From Candidatus Doudnabacteria bacterium RIFCSPHIGHO2_01_FULL_46_14 (lineage in GTDB: Bacteria > Patescibacteriota > Doudnabacteria > UBA920 > 2-01-FULL-46-14): a DNA stretch of 57,506 nucleotides. The stretch lies in contig MFEK01000006.1 in NCBI GenBank assembly GCA_001779925.1, positions 80,407-137,912 on the forward strand, given 5' to 3'. The position numbers were made by a program, and so were the translations under genes. Below, in pieces: positions 36,674 through 44,689 of the stretch (its first letter is position 1; each line of letters begins with the position of its first letter). Below the pieces are notes generated by a model. The model saw only the letters and a list, made by a program, of their open reading frames with translations, did no database searches and was not told the origin of the DNA.

Positions 36674-37219
36674 TTAGCACGACGCTCCCGGTTGCGCGCC
36701 GCCCCCGGAGATGCAGTAATTGTGCGATCCCAAGCAGGCGTTGCAACCAGGGTTCGGGCTAGATCCCTCGAGCCGCGCGGAAAAAATGTAAGCGCAAGCA
36801 TTTCCGACAGCACAGGTAACCCCGAACTGTGTCTCACCTTGCACAGGCTCATAGTAATAAAAATTAGGATTATTTAGGTTCTCCGGATCCTTAGGTAGAC
36901 TGGAAGTGAATGTCGGATAAATCGAATAAAATCCGCCTCCGTCCCATCCGGAGGGAACTCCGTTAGTACCAGGCGTGCAATTTACGCTGCCGCCTCTGGA
37001 TGTATCACAAGGCACGACATCCGGGGGAAACTGATTATTGGCGTCAAAATATAGCTCAAGCGCCGATGCTGTCTGGCGCAAATCCGCGATTCTTTTCGCA
37101 TCCCTGGCTTTCGCTCTTGCTGAATTCAGACTTATCAAAATAACGCTGGCAAGAAGCCCGATGACTGAGATAACGACCAATAATTCTATGAGTGTAAATC
37201 CTTTGGGCCCACGCATCAA
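36674..37219 (-). CDS. type IV pilin-like protein
   Basis: MMRGPKGFTLIELLVVISVIGLLASVILISLNSARAKARDAKRIADLRQ. Confidence 0.8.
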   Translation of the reverse strand: MMRGPKGFTLIELLVVISVIGLLASVILISLNSARAKARDAKRIADLRQTASALELYFDANNQFPPDVVPCDTSRGGSVNCTPGTNGVPSGWDGGGFYSIYPTFTSSLPKDPENLNNPNFYYYEPVQGETQFGVTCAVGNACAYIFSARLEGSSPNPGCNACLGSHNYCISGGGAQPGASC

Positions 37220-37626
37220 AACCTTTTTAAGATTTTATTTGTTTTGTAAATCTTTGGTCGGTATGACTTGAGCCTCATCACTTTCACTCTTCGAAGTCCA
37301 GCGGCCGCTAGTTTTTGTTTCAAATTTAGCGTGAATTCACTTTGATCGTACCCTAAAGCGATTATATCAGGTTTTTCAGAAACTATGTGCTTTATATAGT
37401 CACTCCTGGAGCCTAAAACAGCCTTATCAACGATTTTTAGGCACTCAAGCATGTACTTTCTCTCTTTTTCAGAGTGCAGAGGTCTATGGCCTTTTATTTT
37501 ACGGATGAACTTTTCACGCGCCAAAGAGACAATCAAAAAATCACCGAGCTTTTTCGCCTGCCTCAAAAAATCAATGTGTCCCGGGTGTAAAATATCAAAT
37601 GTTCCGAAAACCATTACTCTGCGCAT
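37216..37626 (-). CDS. cytidylyltransferase-fold nucleotidyltransferase, archaeal RibL-like FMN adenylyltransferase
   Basis: VFGTFDILHPGH (HxGH)...LIVSLAREKFIRKIKGHRP...VDKAVLGS...KPDIIALGYDQ closely follows my recollection of M. jannaschii RibL. Confidence 0.6.
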   Translation of the reverse strand: MRRVMVFGTFDILHPGHIDFLRQAKKLGDFLIVSLAREKFIRKIKGHRPLHSEKERKYMLECLKIVDKAVLGSRSDYIKHIVSEKPDIIALGYDQSEFTLNLKQKLAAAGLRRVKVMRLKSYRPKIYKTNKILKRF

Positions 37627-37633
37627 TTTATAA

Positions 37634-37666
37634 CTCCCCTGCCCCCCCTTTACATTAAGAGGGGGG
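37634..37666. repeat. GC-rich palindromic element, intergenic copy
   Basis: CTCCCCTGCCCCCCCTTTACATTAAGAGGGGGG is in the same family and orientation as 35849..35882. Confidence 0.7.
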
Positions 37667-37678
37667 ATAATTCACGTT

Positions 37679-37750
37679 TGCCCTCGGCAGGAATCGAACC
37701 TGCATCCCAGCCTTCGGAGGGCCGTATTCTATCCATTGAACTACGAGGAC
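37679..37750 (-). tRNA. tRNA-Arg (anticodon CCG)
   Basis: Hand-folded cloverleaf: acceptor GTCCTCG/CGAGGGC, D arm GTTC-AATGGATA-GAAT, anticodon loop CTCCGAA, T arm GCAGG-TTCGATT-CCTGC. No encoded CCA. Confidence 0.9.
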
Positions 37751-37754
37751 GATA

Positions 37755-38465
37755 TTAAATTTTCAAAAACTTTACCGACTCCGGTTTAAATTCCACTATC
37801 AGATCCTTGCGTTCAACCACGACATTCCAATTATTCTTCAGGGCAATAGTTGCAAGACTGCGGTTTGGATTAAACGCAACCGGTTTTTCGACGAGCTGCA
37901 AAAAACCGATGTCCGATTCTGTGTCCCCTATTCCAATCGAACCTTTAAGGCTCAATTTGTGGCTTTCGAGGTACCGAACTATGAGTTCTTTTTTATACTG
38001 CGAGGGCGCGTGAAGGATTTTGCCGGTATATCTGCCGCGTTCATCAGTACCAAACTCCCAGCCGTACAGTTTGTCAAGTTTCAAAAATTTATTGTATTCG
38101 GTTATCACCTCGAGGGGCGAACCAGAAATACCGATGGTAAAATATTTTCCCCGAATATTTTTCAGGAGCCCATTGGTATATCGGTAGATCTTGTATTTAT
38201 GCTCGGCAATCACGCGACGGCTCGCTTTGATAATTTCACTCTTTTTCTTTCCCACAATCGCCCGCTGATAGGCGTTCACCACATGAGTAATATAGTCCTC
38301 GTAATTTCCTTGCCGGTTCAGCCATTTGGCTTCTGAACGTGTGATTCTACGCATAAAGCTTTCGCGAAAAACTTTGCGCGCTACCAAATACTTGAATAGC
38401 TCGATGGTCAGACTGGAGCGAAAAATAGTGCCGTCAATGTCGAAAATTGCCAGTGACTTCATCAA
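37755..38465 (-). CDS. HAD-superfamily (subfamily IB-like) hydrolase
   Basis: Motif I FDIDGTI, later GISGSP and GIGDTESD. Confidence 0.75.
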   Translation of the reverse strand: MMKSLAIFDIDGTIFRSSLTIELFKYLVARKVFRESFMRRITRSEAKWLNRQGNYEDYITHVVNAYQRAIVGKKKSEIIKASRRVIAEHKYKIYRYTNGLLKNIRGKYFTIGISGSPLEVITEYNKFLKLDKLYGWEFGTDERGRYTGKILHAPSQYKKELIVRYLESHKLSLKGSIGIGDTESDIGFLQLVEKPVAFNPNRSLATIALKNNWNVVVERKDLIVEFKPESVKFLKI

Positions 38466-38984
38466 CTACCGCTTAATCGGAATCAAATATTTTTTTGGCG
38501 TGGTATCCATATCAATAAAATCGTCAGCCGCCTCGATGAGCTTTGACGAAGAGCTTTTACCGAAAGCGATGACCTCAACACGCACCCCGAAATTCTTCAG
38601 ATACTCGAGTAGCGGCACATAATCGCCGTCGCCTGATGCCAGCACCACCGCGTCAACCTTGCCCATTTGCCGAATCGCGTCCATGGTTATACCCACATCC
38701 CAATCGCCCTTTTTCGTGCCGCCAAAAAAAACTTGCAAATCTTTGGCGCGCACCTCGTAGCCGGCTTTACTAAGCGCATCAAAAAAACTCTGCTCTTCCG
38801 GCATCTGTGCGCGGATAACGTAGGCTGTGGCGCGGACGAGCTTCCGGACACCTACCACCTCTTTTAAGAGTGCAGAAAAATTGACCCTTGCGTTGTAAAT
38901 ATTTCGCGCGGAATAGTACAAATTTTGCACGTCAACGAAAAAAGCCACCCGCTGGTCTTCATGTTTTGTAAATATTTCGAACAT
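38466..38984 (-). CDS. NYN-domain (LabA/DUF88-like) protein
   Basis: VAFFVDVQNLYY...KGDWDVGITMD...VLASGDGDYVPLLEYL is the typical NYN/LabA pattern. Confidence 0.75.
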   Translation of the reverse strand: MFEIFTKHEDQRVAFFVDVQNLYYSARNIYNARVNFSALLKEVVGVRKLVRATAYVIRAQMPEEQSFFDALSKAGYEVRAKDLQVFFGGTKKGDWDVGITMDAIRQMGKVDAVVLASGDGDYVPLLEYLKNFGVRVEVIAFGKSSSSKLIEAADDFIDMDTTPKKYLIPIKR

Positions 38985-39005
38985 AATTTATCCTTTCTTA
39001 TCTTA

Positions 39006-40031
39006 TTATTTTAAATTCGAATCAGCCACCTGATCGACCGAGTCCTTTATTTCTAAGGTTGGCTGTTTTTTTTCAGTTAATTGCAGTGAAGCGGCATTCT
39101 CAATACTCGACTTTAGTTTGCTAAAGTCATTGCCTACCAGTCCCATTGAATTGCCCGCATTTTTGATATGATTTCCCAATATCTCAAGGTTCCGCCCAAA
39201 TTTTTCACTCTCCTGTTTGATACCGGCCAGCATGCGCAGAGCCAGCGCTGCTTCTTCGTTCATTCTTTCGCCGCGGAGAGAACGCAAGACCATTTGCATA
39301 GTGTGGTAAAAAGTGCTGGGGCCTACCGGATAAACATTTTTTTCTCTGAAAAACGTCGTCATTGAAGCATCGCTCAAAACCTCGCCCAGAATCCCTTCAC
39401 TGGGTATAAAAATCAGCGCGTAATCATAGGTACCTTCTTGCGGCAAGATATATTTTTTTTGTATCTCATCGACGCGTTTTTTTACGTCTTTGAAAAAACT
39501 TTTCTTTAGGCCTTCGGCAGCCTCATCGGTTTTCGCTTCCATAAACAGGCGGTAGTTTTCCATGCTGAACTTGCTGTCTACAGGAAGCAAATGGCCTCCA
39601 GCCTTGATAACCGCGTCTACCACATCACCGTTCTTGAAACGATATTGGAAACTATAAGCGCTGGCAGGAAGCACCTGCTTGATCAACTCTTCAAGCATTT
39701 CTTCGCCAAAATTACCGCGCAGTTTTGAACTGGACAAGACTTCCGATAATTTTCTGATATCCGGGCCGATCTGGGTCATTCCCCCGAGCTCTTTTTGGAG
39801 CGCGCTGATAACTCTAGCCGCATTGTCGAGTCGTTCATTCACCGCTTTACTGCTCTCCCCGAGCCGTTCGTCAACTCTTTTTTGCAGTGATTCAGATGAC
39901 TCACGCATATCTTTCAGCCATTCCAGCATCACTTTCATTCCTTCGTCCTCTTTCGGCTTGCGATTCATGAAATATGCAACCACACCAAAACCAACTATTA
40001 CGGCAGCAAGAATTATTATCTGCAAATTCAT
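39006..40031 (-). CDS. rmuC: DNA recombination protein RmuC
   Basis: 341 aa with an N-terminal TM, a coiled coil and the RmuC core (VDAVIK...LPVDSKF...YALIFIPSEG). Confidence 0.85.
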   Translation of the reverse strand: MNLQIIILAAVIVGFGVVAYFMNRKPKEDEGMKVMLEWLKDMRESSESLQKRVDERLGESSKAVNERLDNAARVISALQKELGGMTQIGPDIRKLSEVLSSSKLRGNFGEEMLEELIKQVLPASAYSFQYRFKNGDVVDAVIKAGGHLLPVDSKFSMENYRLFMEAKTDEAAEGLKKSFFKDVKKRVDEIQKKYILPQEGTYDYALIFIPSEGILGEVLSDASMTTFFREKNVYPVGPSTFYHTMQMVLRSLRGERMNEEAALALRMLAGIKQESEKFGRNLEILGNHIKNAGNSMGLVGNDFSKLKSSIENAASLQLTEKKQPTLEIKDSVDQVADSNLK

Positions 40032-40080
40032 TGTAAACTCAATATTCTTTATTCTAAATTCTGTCTAATATTATACAATA

Positions 40081-40129
40081 AAAATGACGAAAGGGCGAAT
40101 CATGCTCGAAAGCACGATATCACCCTTTC
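40081..40129 (-). terminator. possible terminator after the radical-SAM-like gene
   Basis: GAAAGGG...CCCTTTC stem enclosing a second hairpin. The U-tract is offset by 4 nt, so this call is weak. Confidence 0.3.
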
Positions 40130-40159
40130 TGCCCGACGTCCTCTGAAACCGGGGTTAGT

Positions 40160-41677
40160 TCAGTAACCAAAATACTCCTGCCGGAGCCTGACGAAGTTTG
40201 GAACGATTTTGGAATCCATTCCAGCCTCATGCGAGAGGATGTTGAACATCGGCCGAGGCATGATATAACCGCTGTACTCTTCCGGCACGCCGTCTCCGGT
40301 ATCGGTCGGACGATACAGGAATCGTTCCGCCAGCGCTTCCGGGGTGTACTCATGAACCTGGGACCGATTCGGGAGCCAGGAATACCAGTAGGAACCCGGG
40401 TGCCCGCCTGCCTGAGTTTTTTTACCAAAGGGTTGAACCGATCGCTGAGACCTCCCATTCTCGGATTGATGCACTGTCTGTCCCCAAGGCGTTCCTGATC
40501 CGGAAATCTCGCAGTAACGATACGCGCCCGGCCGCCGATCCGCCCGCCACCCATCCCAGCCAGAAAGCCGCCGGCACAGTTCTTCCGGATCGTTGCGAAA
40601 CGTTTCGAACTGGGCCTGCAAAAACAGATAATGATGCAGCCTCATGGTCAGATTGGGGTTGCCGGCGAGCGTCTCGTCGCGAAGCCAGTGGATTGCCTTT
40701 TCGAGTTTGGGCAGGTGTTCAGGTTTCCAGCACGGCACGCGCTTTTCCGACTCCTTCTCAAACACCGACTGCGCCAGATACGGATTGAGCCTGGCTTTTG
40801 GCATCAGCCGCGCGATAGTGCTCACGAGTTGTGGCAAGTGACTGATGTTTCCGTCGTGGATTACTGAATTATACATAACCAAGACCGGCGGGTTCTCATT
40901 GCCGGTAACCAGGTGCTCCGTCACCCACCGTCCGGCGTAGACTCCTTCGAGCGCTTTGTGCTTTTGACCATGATACGGCTCCTCGCGAATAGCACGTTGC
41001 CAGCGCCTTCGCAGATCACCATAGCTCATGGTCAGCAGATCTTCCAACTCGTCCGGCGTCAGGTCATCGAAACTCAATGCGAGCACCTTTGGTGGACTAG
41101 CCAAGAAGCCTGCTACAAACTTCTGATCAGTCAAAAACTTCCGACCAGTCGTCGTGGTGTTGAAACGAAAACCCCTCTGCTGGGACTGCACTGCGAAAGA
41201 CAGAATATCAGGATGCAGTTCGGGACTTCCGCCAAATCCGTTCAATTCGATGATGGTCGCCGCTTCGAAACCCTGTTTGATGGCTTTCGCAGCATCAGGA
41301 CCAATCTCAAACTCCGCGCAATGCTCAGCAAAGTGCCGCTCCATAAAACGCTCGTGGAAAATGCGCATCGCCAGCGCTGCCTGATCAAGCCACGAAAGAA
41401 GTTGCGCCAGAGGCGCCAGCCCTTGGACATCCAAGGTGCCTTTGTGAAAAGCGGCCGATGCGTCACAGTCATAGCAACCGCCGGTAAAGATTTTGCCTGT
41501 TCCGGCCATCTCCACTGCGGTTGCGCAAGTGTGATCGCATAGTCCGGCGTCTACTACCACTCCAGATTGAAGATGCTTTGGAACTGGCATCATGTCAAAC
41601 TGGATACCGGCATACGCTCCACGGTCTAAACCGCCGAGCGTATACAGTCTGTTCAGAATCTCTGTGCTCATGATCAT
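40160..41677 (-). CDS. radical-SAM-fold-like protein with degenerate/noncanonical Cys motif, large unknown C-terminal domain
   Basis: 505 aa. The strand order resembles radical SAM: VVVDAGLCDHTCATA..GGCYDC, then ELNGFGGSPELHPD, TTTTGRKF and LALSFDD. AAGGAG lies upstream. G+C is visibly higher than in flanking genes. Confidence 0.55.
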   Translation of the reverse strand: MIMSTEILNRLYTLGGLDRGAYAGIQFDMMPVPKHLQSGVVVDAGLCDHTCATAVEMAGTGKIFTGGCYDCDASAAFHKGTLDVQGLAPLAQLLSWLDQAALAMRIFHERFMERHFAEHCAEFEIGPDAAKAIKQGFEAATIIELNGFGGSPELHPDILSFAVQSQQRGFRFNTTTTGRKFLTDQKFVAGFLASPPKVLALSFDDLTPDELEDLLTMSYGDLRRRWQRAIREEPYHGQKHKALEGVYAGRWVTEHLVTGNENPPVLVMYNSVIHDGNISHLPQLVSTIARLMPKARLNPYLAQSVFEKESEKRVPCWKPEHLPKLEKAIHWLRDETLAGNPNLTMRLHHYLFLQAQFETFRNDPEELCRRLSGWDGWRADRRPGAYRYCEISGSGTPWGQTVHQSENGRSQRSVQPFGKKTQAGGHPGSYWYSWLPNRSQVHEYTPEALAERFLYRPTDTGDGVPEEYSGYIMPRPMFNILSHEAGMDSKIVPNFVRLRQEYFGY

Positions 41678-41965
41678 TACTCCTTTTTGTGTTTGGGTCC
41701 GTATTGCCGACCGCCGAGGTCACCACTGCCGGGCAGAATGAATTTATCTTCGTTAAGACGGTCATCAAGGTTCGAGGTTCGGAGCGCTCTCGTCTCGAAT
41801 GGACGTAAGCAACAGTTGCGTAACGAATGTTTGGACAATGTGAACCTGGAAAATAGCTATCACTGACTTCATCTAGTCTCTCCTTTGTCGATTCAAGATG
41901 TTGACTTGGCAAAAGTATAGCATTTTCAAACAAACAAAAAAACACCCTTTAGAGGTGATTCTTTG

Positions 41966-42043
41966 GTGGCGGACCCGACCGGATTTGAACCGGCGATCTT
42001 CCCCGTGACAGGGGGACGTGTTGACCAGGCTACACCACGGGTC
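41966..42043 (-). tRNA. tRNA-Asp (anticodon GTC), CCA encoded
   Basis: Acceptor GGACCCG/CGGGTCC, D arm GTGT-AGCCTGGTCA-ACAC, anticodon arm TCCCC-CTGTCAC-GGGGA, T arm GCCGG-TTCAAAT-CCGGT, discriminator G, CCA. Confidence 0.9.
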
Positions 42044-42054
42044 CACGATCTTTT

Positions 42055-42136
42055 TTGGTGGCTGGGGTGGGGATTGAACCCCGATCCGCCGCGGCGGACT
42101 TATGAGTCTTCCTTACGCGGAGCTGAGCTACCCAGC
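42055..42136 (-). pseudogene. tRNA-like relic: degenerate duplicate of the adjacent tRNA-Met
   Basis: It shares GCTGGGTAGCTCAG, ACTCATAAG and TTCAATCCCCACCCCAGCCACCA with 42138..42213. It has no D-stem partner, a broken T stem, an A1-C72 mismatch and an inserted CCGCCGCGGCGG palindrome. Confidence 0.35.
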
Positions 42137-42137
42137 T

Positions 42138-42213
42138 TTGGTGGCTGGGGTGGGGATTGAACCCACGACCTCGGGCTTATGAGTCCCACGCTCTACCGAC
42201 TGAGCTACCCAGC
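42138..42213 (-). tRNA. tRNA with CAT anticodon, elongator Met (or Ile2), CCA encoded
   Basis: Acceptor GGCTGGG/CCCAGCC (G1:C72, so not an initiator), D arm GCTC-AGTCGGTA-GAGC, loop CTCATAA, T arm GTGGG-TTCAATC-CCCAC. Confidence 0.85.
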
Positions 42214-42231
42214 CATATTTTTTTACTGCAG

Positions 42232-42471
42232 CTATGCTATTAACTTTTTCAAGAACTCTCTGCCTTTGCCAGTCTTAAAAAAACCCTCTCTCTTTTCAGC
42301 TTCAATCCTAGTTTTAAAAGACTCATAGTGCACTAACTTCCAAGGTCTGTTTTTGGCTGTATAGCTTGGGAACTCCCCGCTATTATGTTGCACCAATCGC
42401 TTCATTATATCGTCAGTGGACCCTTTATATAATAGCCCTTTCTGATTCCGGAGCACATACGCATAATACAT
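42232..42471 (-). CDS. GIY-YIG nuclease-family protein (UPF0213-like)
   Basis: 79 aa. MYYAYVLRNQKGLLYKGSTDDIMKRLVQHN...FKTGKGREFLK has the GIY/YIG spacing. It is embedded in the tRNA cluster. Confidence 0.8.
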   Translation of the reverse strand: MYYAYVLRNQKGLLYKGSTDDIMKRLVQHNSGEFPSYTAKNRPWKLVHYESFKTRIEAEKREGFFKTGKGREFLKKLIA

Positions 42472-42478
42472 AGTTTTT

Positions 42479-42554
42479 TGGTTGCGGGACCGGGATTCGA
42501 ACCCGGAACCTCAAGGTTATGAGCCTTGCGAGCTGCCAGTTGCTCTATCCCGCG
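42479..42554 (-). tRNA. initiator tRNA-fMet (CAT), CCA encoded
   Basis: C1-A72 mismatch (CGCGGGA/TCCCGCA), A11:U24 in D stem GAGC/GCTC, loop CTCATAA, T arm CCGGG-TTCGAAT-CCCGG. Confidence 0.9.
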
Positions 42555-42632
42555 ATTATGATATTACCAGATTTCCCAATAAATTTCAACTGCCGCGACT
42601 AAACGGATCAAACACGTTTGAGCCGCTCAAAT

Positions 42633-42669
42633 AAAAAAGCGCCAGCGAGGATGTATATTCCCGCTGGCG
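42633..42669 (-). terminator. intrinsic terminator after purD
   Basis: 8-bp stem CGCCAGCG/CGCTGGCG, followed on the minus strand by CTTTTTTATTT. Confidence 0.6.
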
Positions 42670-42697
42670 ACTTTGTAAAGTTTGTGTTGCCTCGCAG

Positions 42698-44080
42698 CTA
42701 TGCTGCGAATGCCAAGGCGCGACGTCCAATGTCCTTCCGGTAATCCCGGTCTTGCCAATAAATCAGTTCAGCAGCCTTGTTGGCCAGGTCAATTGCTTCT
42801 CGGAAAGTGTCGGCGACAGCGACGATATCAATAACCCGGCCGCCGTTGTTGACGAACTTTCCATCCTTGAGCTTGGTACCGGCGTGCAAAATTTCGACCC
42901 CGAGTGCTCGGGCTTCCTCGATACCGGTGATCTCGAATCCCTTGTACTCCGCTGTTATTGGACTCGGATAAACCCCTGTTACGAGAGTAACCGTAACCGA
43001 AACCTTTCCTTTCTTCCATTTCGGTTTCACCAGAGCCAATTGACCTGTGGCCGCCGCCCATGCTAGTTCCAAGAAATCCGATTCGAGAAGAGCTAGGATT
43101 CCCTGCGCTTCTGGCGCGCCGAAACGAACGTTGACCTCGAGAACGTAGACCTTACCGTTCCTGATCATCAGGCCTAAATAGAGAATGCCTTGGAATGGGC
43201 ACGCCTCTTTCTGCATGCCTGCAATGATCTTCTTGGCAATCCTTCGCACCTGGCGCCGAATGTCGTCCGTGTATTCCGGATCTGGAGCGTAGAGTCCCAT
43301 GCCACCAGTGTTGCGATTGTCTTTCTCGTCGACCTTCCCGTCTTCTGCAAAACGACGCTTGTGATCCACACCCACGATCATTTCTACCAAATCATCGCCG
43401 TCAGAAAAGTACGTCGAGCTCATCTCGCGAGTTCCAGGGCCGCCAATCCATTCTTCAATCACGACCTTTTTGCCAGCTTCCGGATAAGTTTTTTTAACGG
43501 GTCCCGCGACCATGGTCTCCCGGATCGCAGCGCGAGCCTCCGCAAGACTGAAGCACGAGATGACACCTTTGCCTTCAGCCAAACCGTCGGCCTTGACCAC
43601 CAGAGCCGCAACTTTCTTGATCAGGAACCAGTAATCAACAATAGCGGTAGCTTCTTCCGGGCTGTTGGCAGTCTCAAAATTTGCAGTCGGGATTCCGTAC
43701 TTGGCAAAAAACCATTTGGCCCAGACTTTACTGCTCTCAAGACGCGCCGCGGCTCTCGAGCAGCCAAGAACCTTCATGCCGGCATCCCGAGCTTTGTCTG
43801 CTCCACCATTGGCCAAAAAAATTTCCTGGCCAGCGATCAGCAGTTGGACGCGCTGGTTTAGTGACTCGACGATGATCTTGTCGACATCCGCAGCATCAAT
43901 ATTGGAAAAGCACTGGACAATTTTGTCTTCCGGCCCTTCGCTCCATCCATCACCGCCTTTGAAGCCAAGGATTTTTTTAGCAAGTCGGCTTCGGCGACAC
44001 GCGTTCGCATAAGCGTGCCCCCGACCACCGCCGTCAGCGATACCTACGGTAAGCTCATACGGTATTTCCAAAGTCTTCAC
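42698..44080 (-). CDS. purD: phosphoribosylamine--glycine ligase (GAR synthetase) homologue
   Basis: 460 aa, collinear with E. coli PurD: GGRGHA, LESSKVWAK, VVKADGLAEGKGV, NTGGMGLYAP, VNVRFGAPE, HAGTK and NGGRV. GTG start after GGGAGGTGA. Confidence 0.85.
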   Translation of the reverse strand: MKTLEIPYELTVGIADGGGRGHAYANACRRSRLAKKILGFKGGDGWSEGPEDKIVQCFSNIDAADVDKIIVESLNQRVQLLIAGQEIFLANGGADKARDAGMKVLGCSRAAARLESSKVWAKWFFAKYGIPTANFETANSPEEATAIVDYWFLIKKVAALVVKADGLAEGKGVISCFSLAEARAAIRETMVAGPVKKTYPEAGKKVVIEEWIGGPGTREMSSTYFSDGDDLVEMIVGVDHKRRFAEDGKVDEKDNRNTGGMGLYAPDPEYTDDIRRQVRRIAKKIIAGMQKEACPFQGILYLGLMIRNGKVYVLEVNVRFGAPEAQGILALLESDFLELAWAAATGQLALVKPKWKKGKVSVTVTLVTGVYPSPITAEYKGFEITGIEEARALGVEILHAGTKLKDGKFVNNGGRVIDIVAVADTFREAIDLANKAAELIYWQDRDYRKDIGRRALAFAA

Positions 44081-44093
44081 GATTCACCTCCCA

Positions 44094-44678
44094 TTAGAAC
44101 ATGTTAGCGAGCACGAATTTCGCTCGCTGCTCAATTGCCTCTTGTTTAGGTCCAGGAAAGGCAGGGATTCCAACGATATCGATCCCCGGCTTGTACCCAA
44201 GCTCTTTGACGTAAACGTTCCATTCGCCCTCGCCGATTCTCGCGCGCTCCTCTGGTGTCTCGGTCCGCGCATAGTCATCTTCAAACTCCACCTCTTCAAA
44301 GAAGAGAATCCGGCGATACCATTTCGGCGCACAGTGTTTGAGAACATAGCCGGGGCTCAGACCGCAGTTTTCAAAAAACGGCGCCTGGCAAGGCCATCCC
44401 AAATCCAGCACCCAAAGTTGATTGGGATCGAGTTTGCTATCGCGAACTCGTTGTCTCGAAAAACTTAATTTTTGAAAACCTTGTTCTCCAAAACGCAGCC
44501 GTTCTTCTTTTGCGTTCAGACCTGCATCTTCCCATTCGTCCATGATCACGCGCGATTCCTCCTCGAGAACACTGAAACCCAGACTTTTGAGGATATGCAG
44601 CATGGTGGTCTTGCCAGAACAGGAGTAGCCGGTCAGAACTATATGGTTAGTCGCGCTTTCGCGTTGTCCTGTCAACAT
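44094..44678 (-). CDS. AAA_28/NadR-like P-loop ATPase
   Basis: IVLTGYSCSGKTTML...GFSVLEEESR pattern. ATG 44678 (MLTGQ) avoids overlap with the upstream gene. Confidence 0.6.
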   Translation of the reverse strand: MLTGQRESATNHIVLTGYSCSGKTTMLHILKSLGFSVLEEESRVIMDEWEDAGLNAKEERLRFGEQGFQKLSFSRQRVRDSKLDPNQLWVLDLGWPCQAPFFENCGLSPGYVLKHCAPKWYRRILFFEEVEFEDDYARTETPEERARIGEGEWNVYVKELGYKPGIDIVGIPAFPGPKQEAIEQRAKFVLANMF

Positions 44679-44689
44679 TTCGTTGCCTC

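Noticed and set aside
40120-41542. Long alternate-frame and antisense ORFs (40120..40554, 40229..40498, 40631..40867, 40913..41542, 41154..41384, 41242..41472)
   Set aside because: All lie inside the G+C-rich 505-aa gene. They have Arg/Pro/Gly-rich low-complexity composition typical of off-frame reading of GC-rich DNA, and none has an SD.
41595-41945. 116-aa minus-strand ORF overlapping the start of the radical-SAM-like gene
   Set aside because: It runs through the SD and start of the well-supported 505-aa gene and has no start context. Only the separate 35-codon ORF in another frame has an SD.
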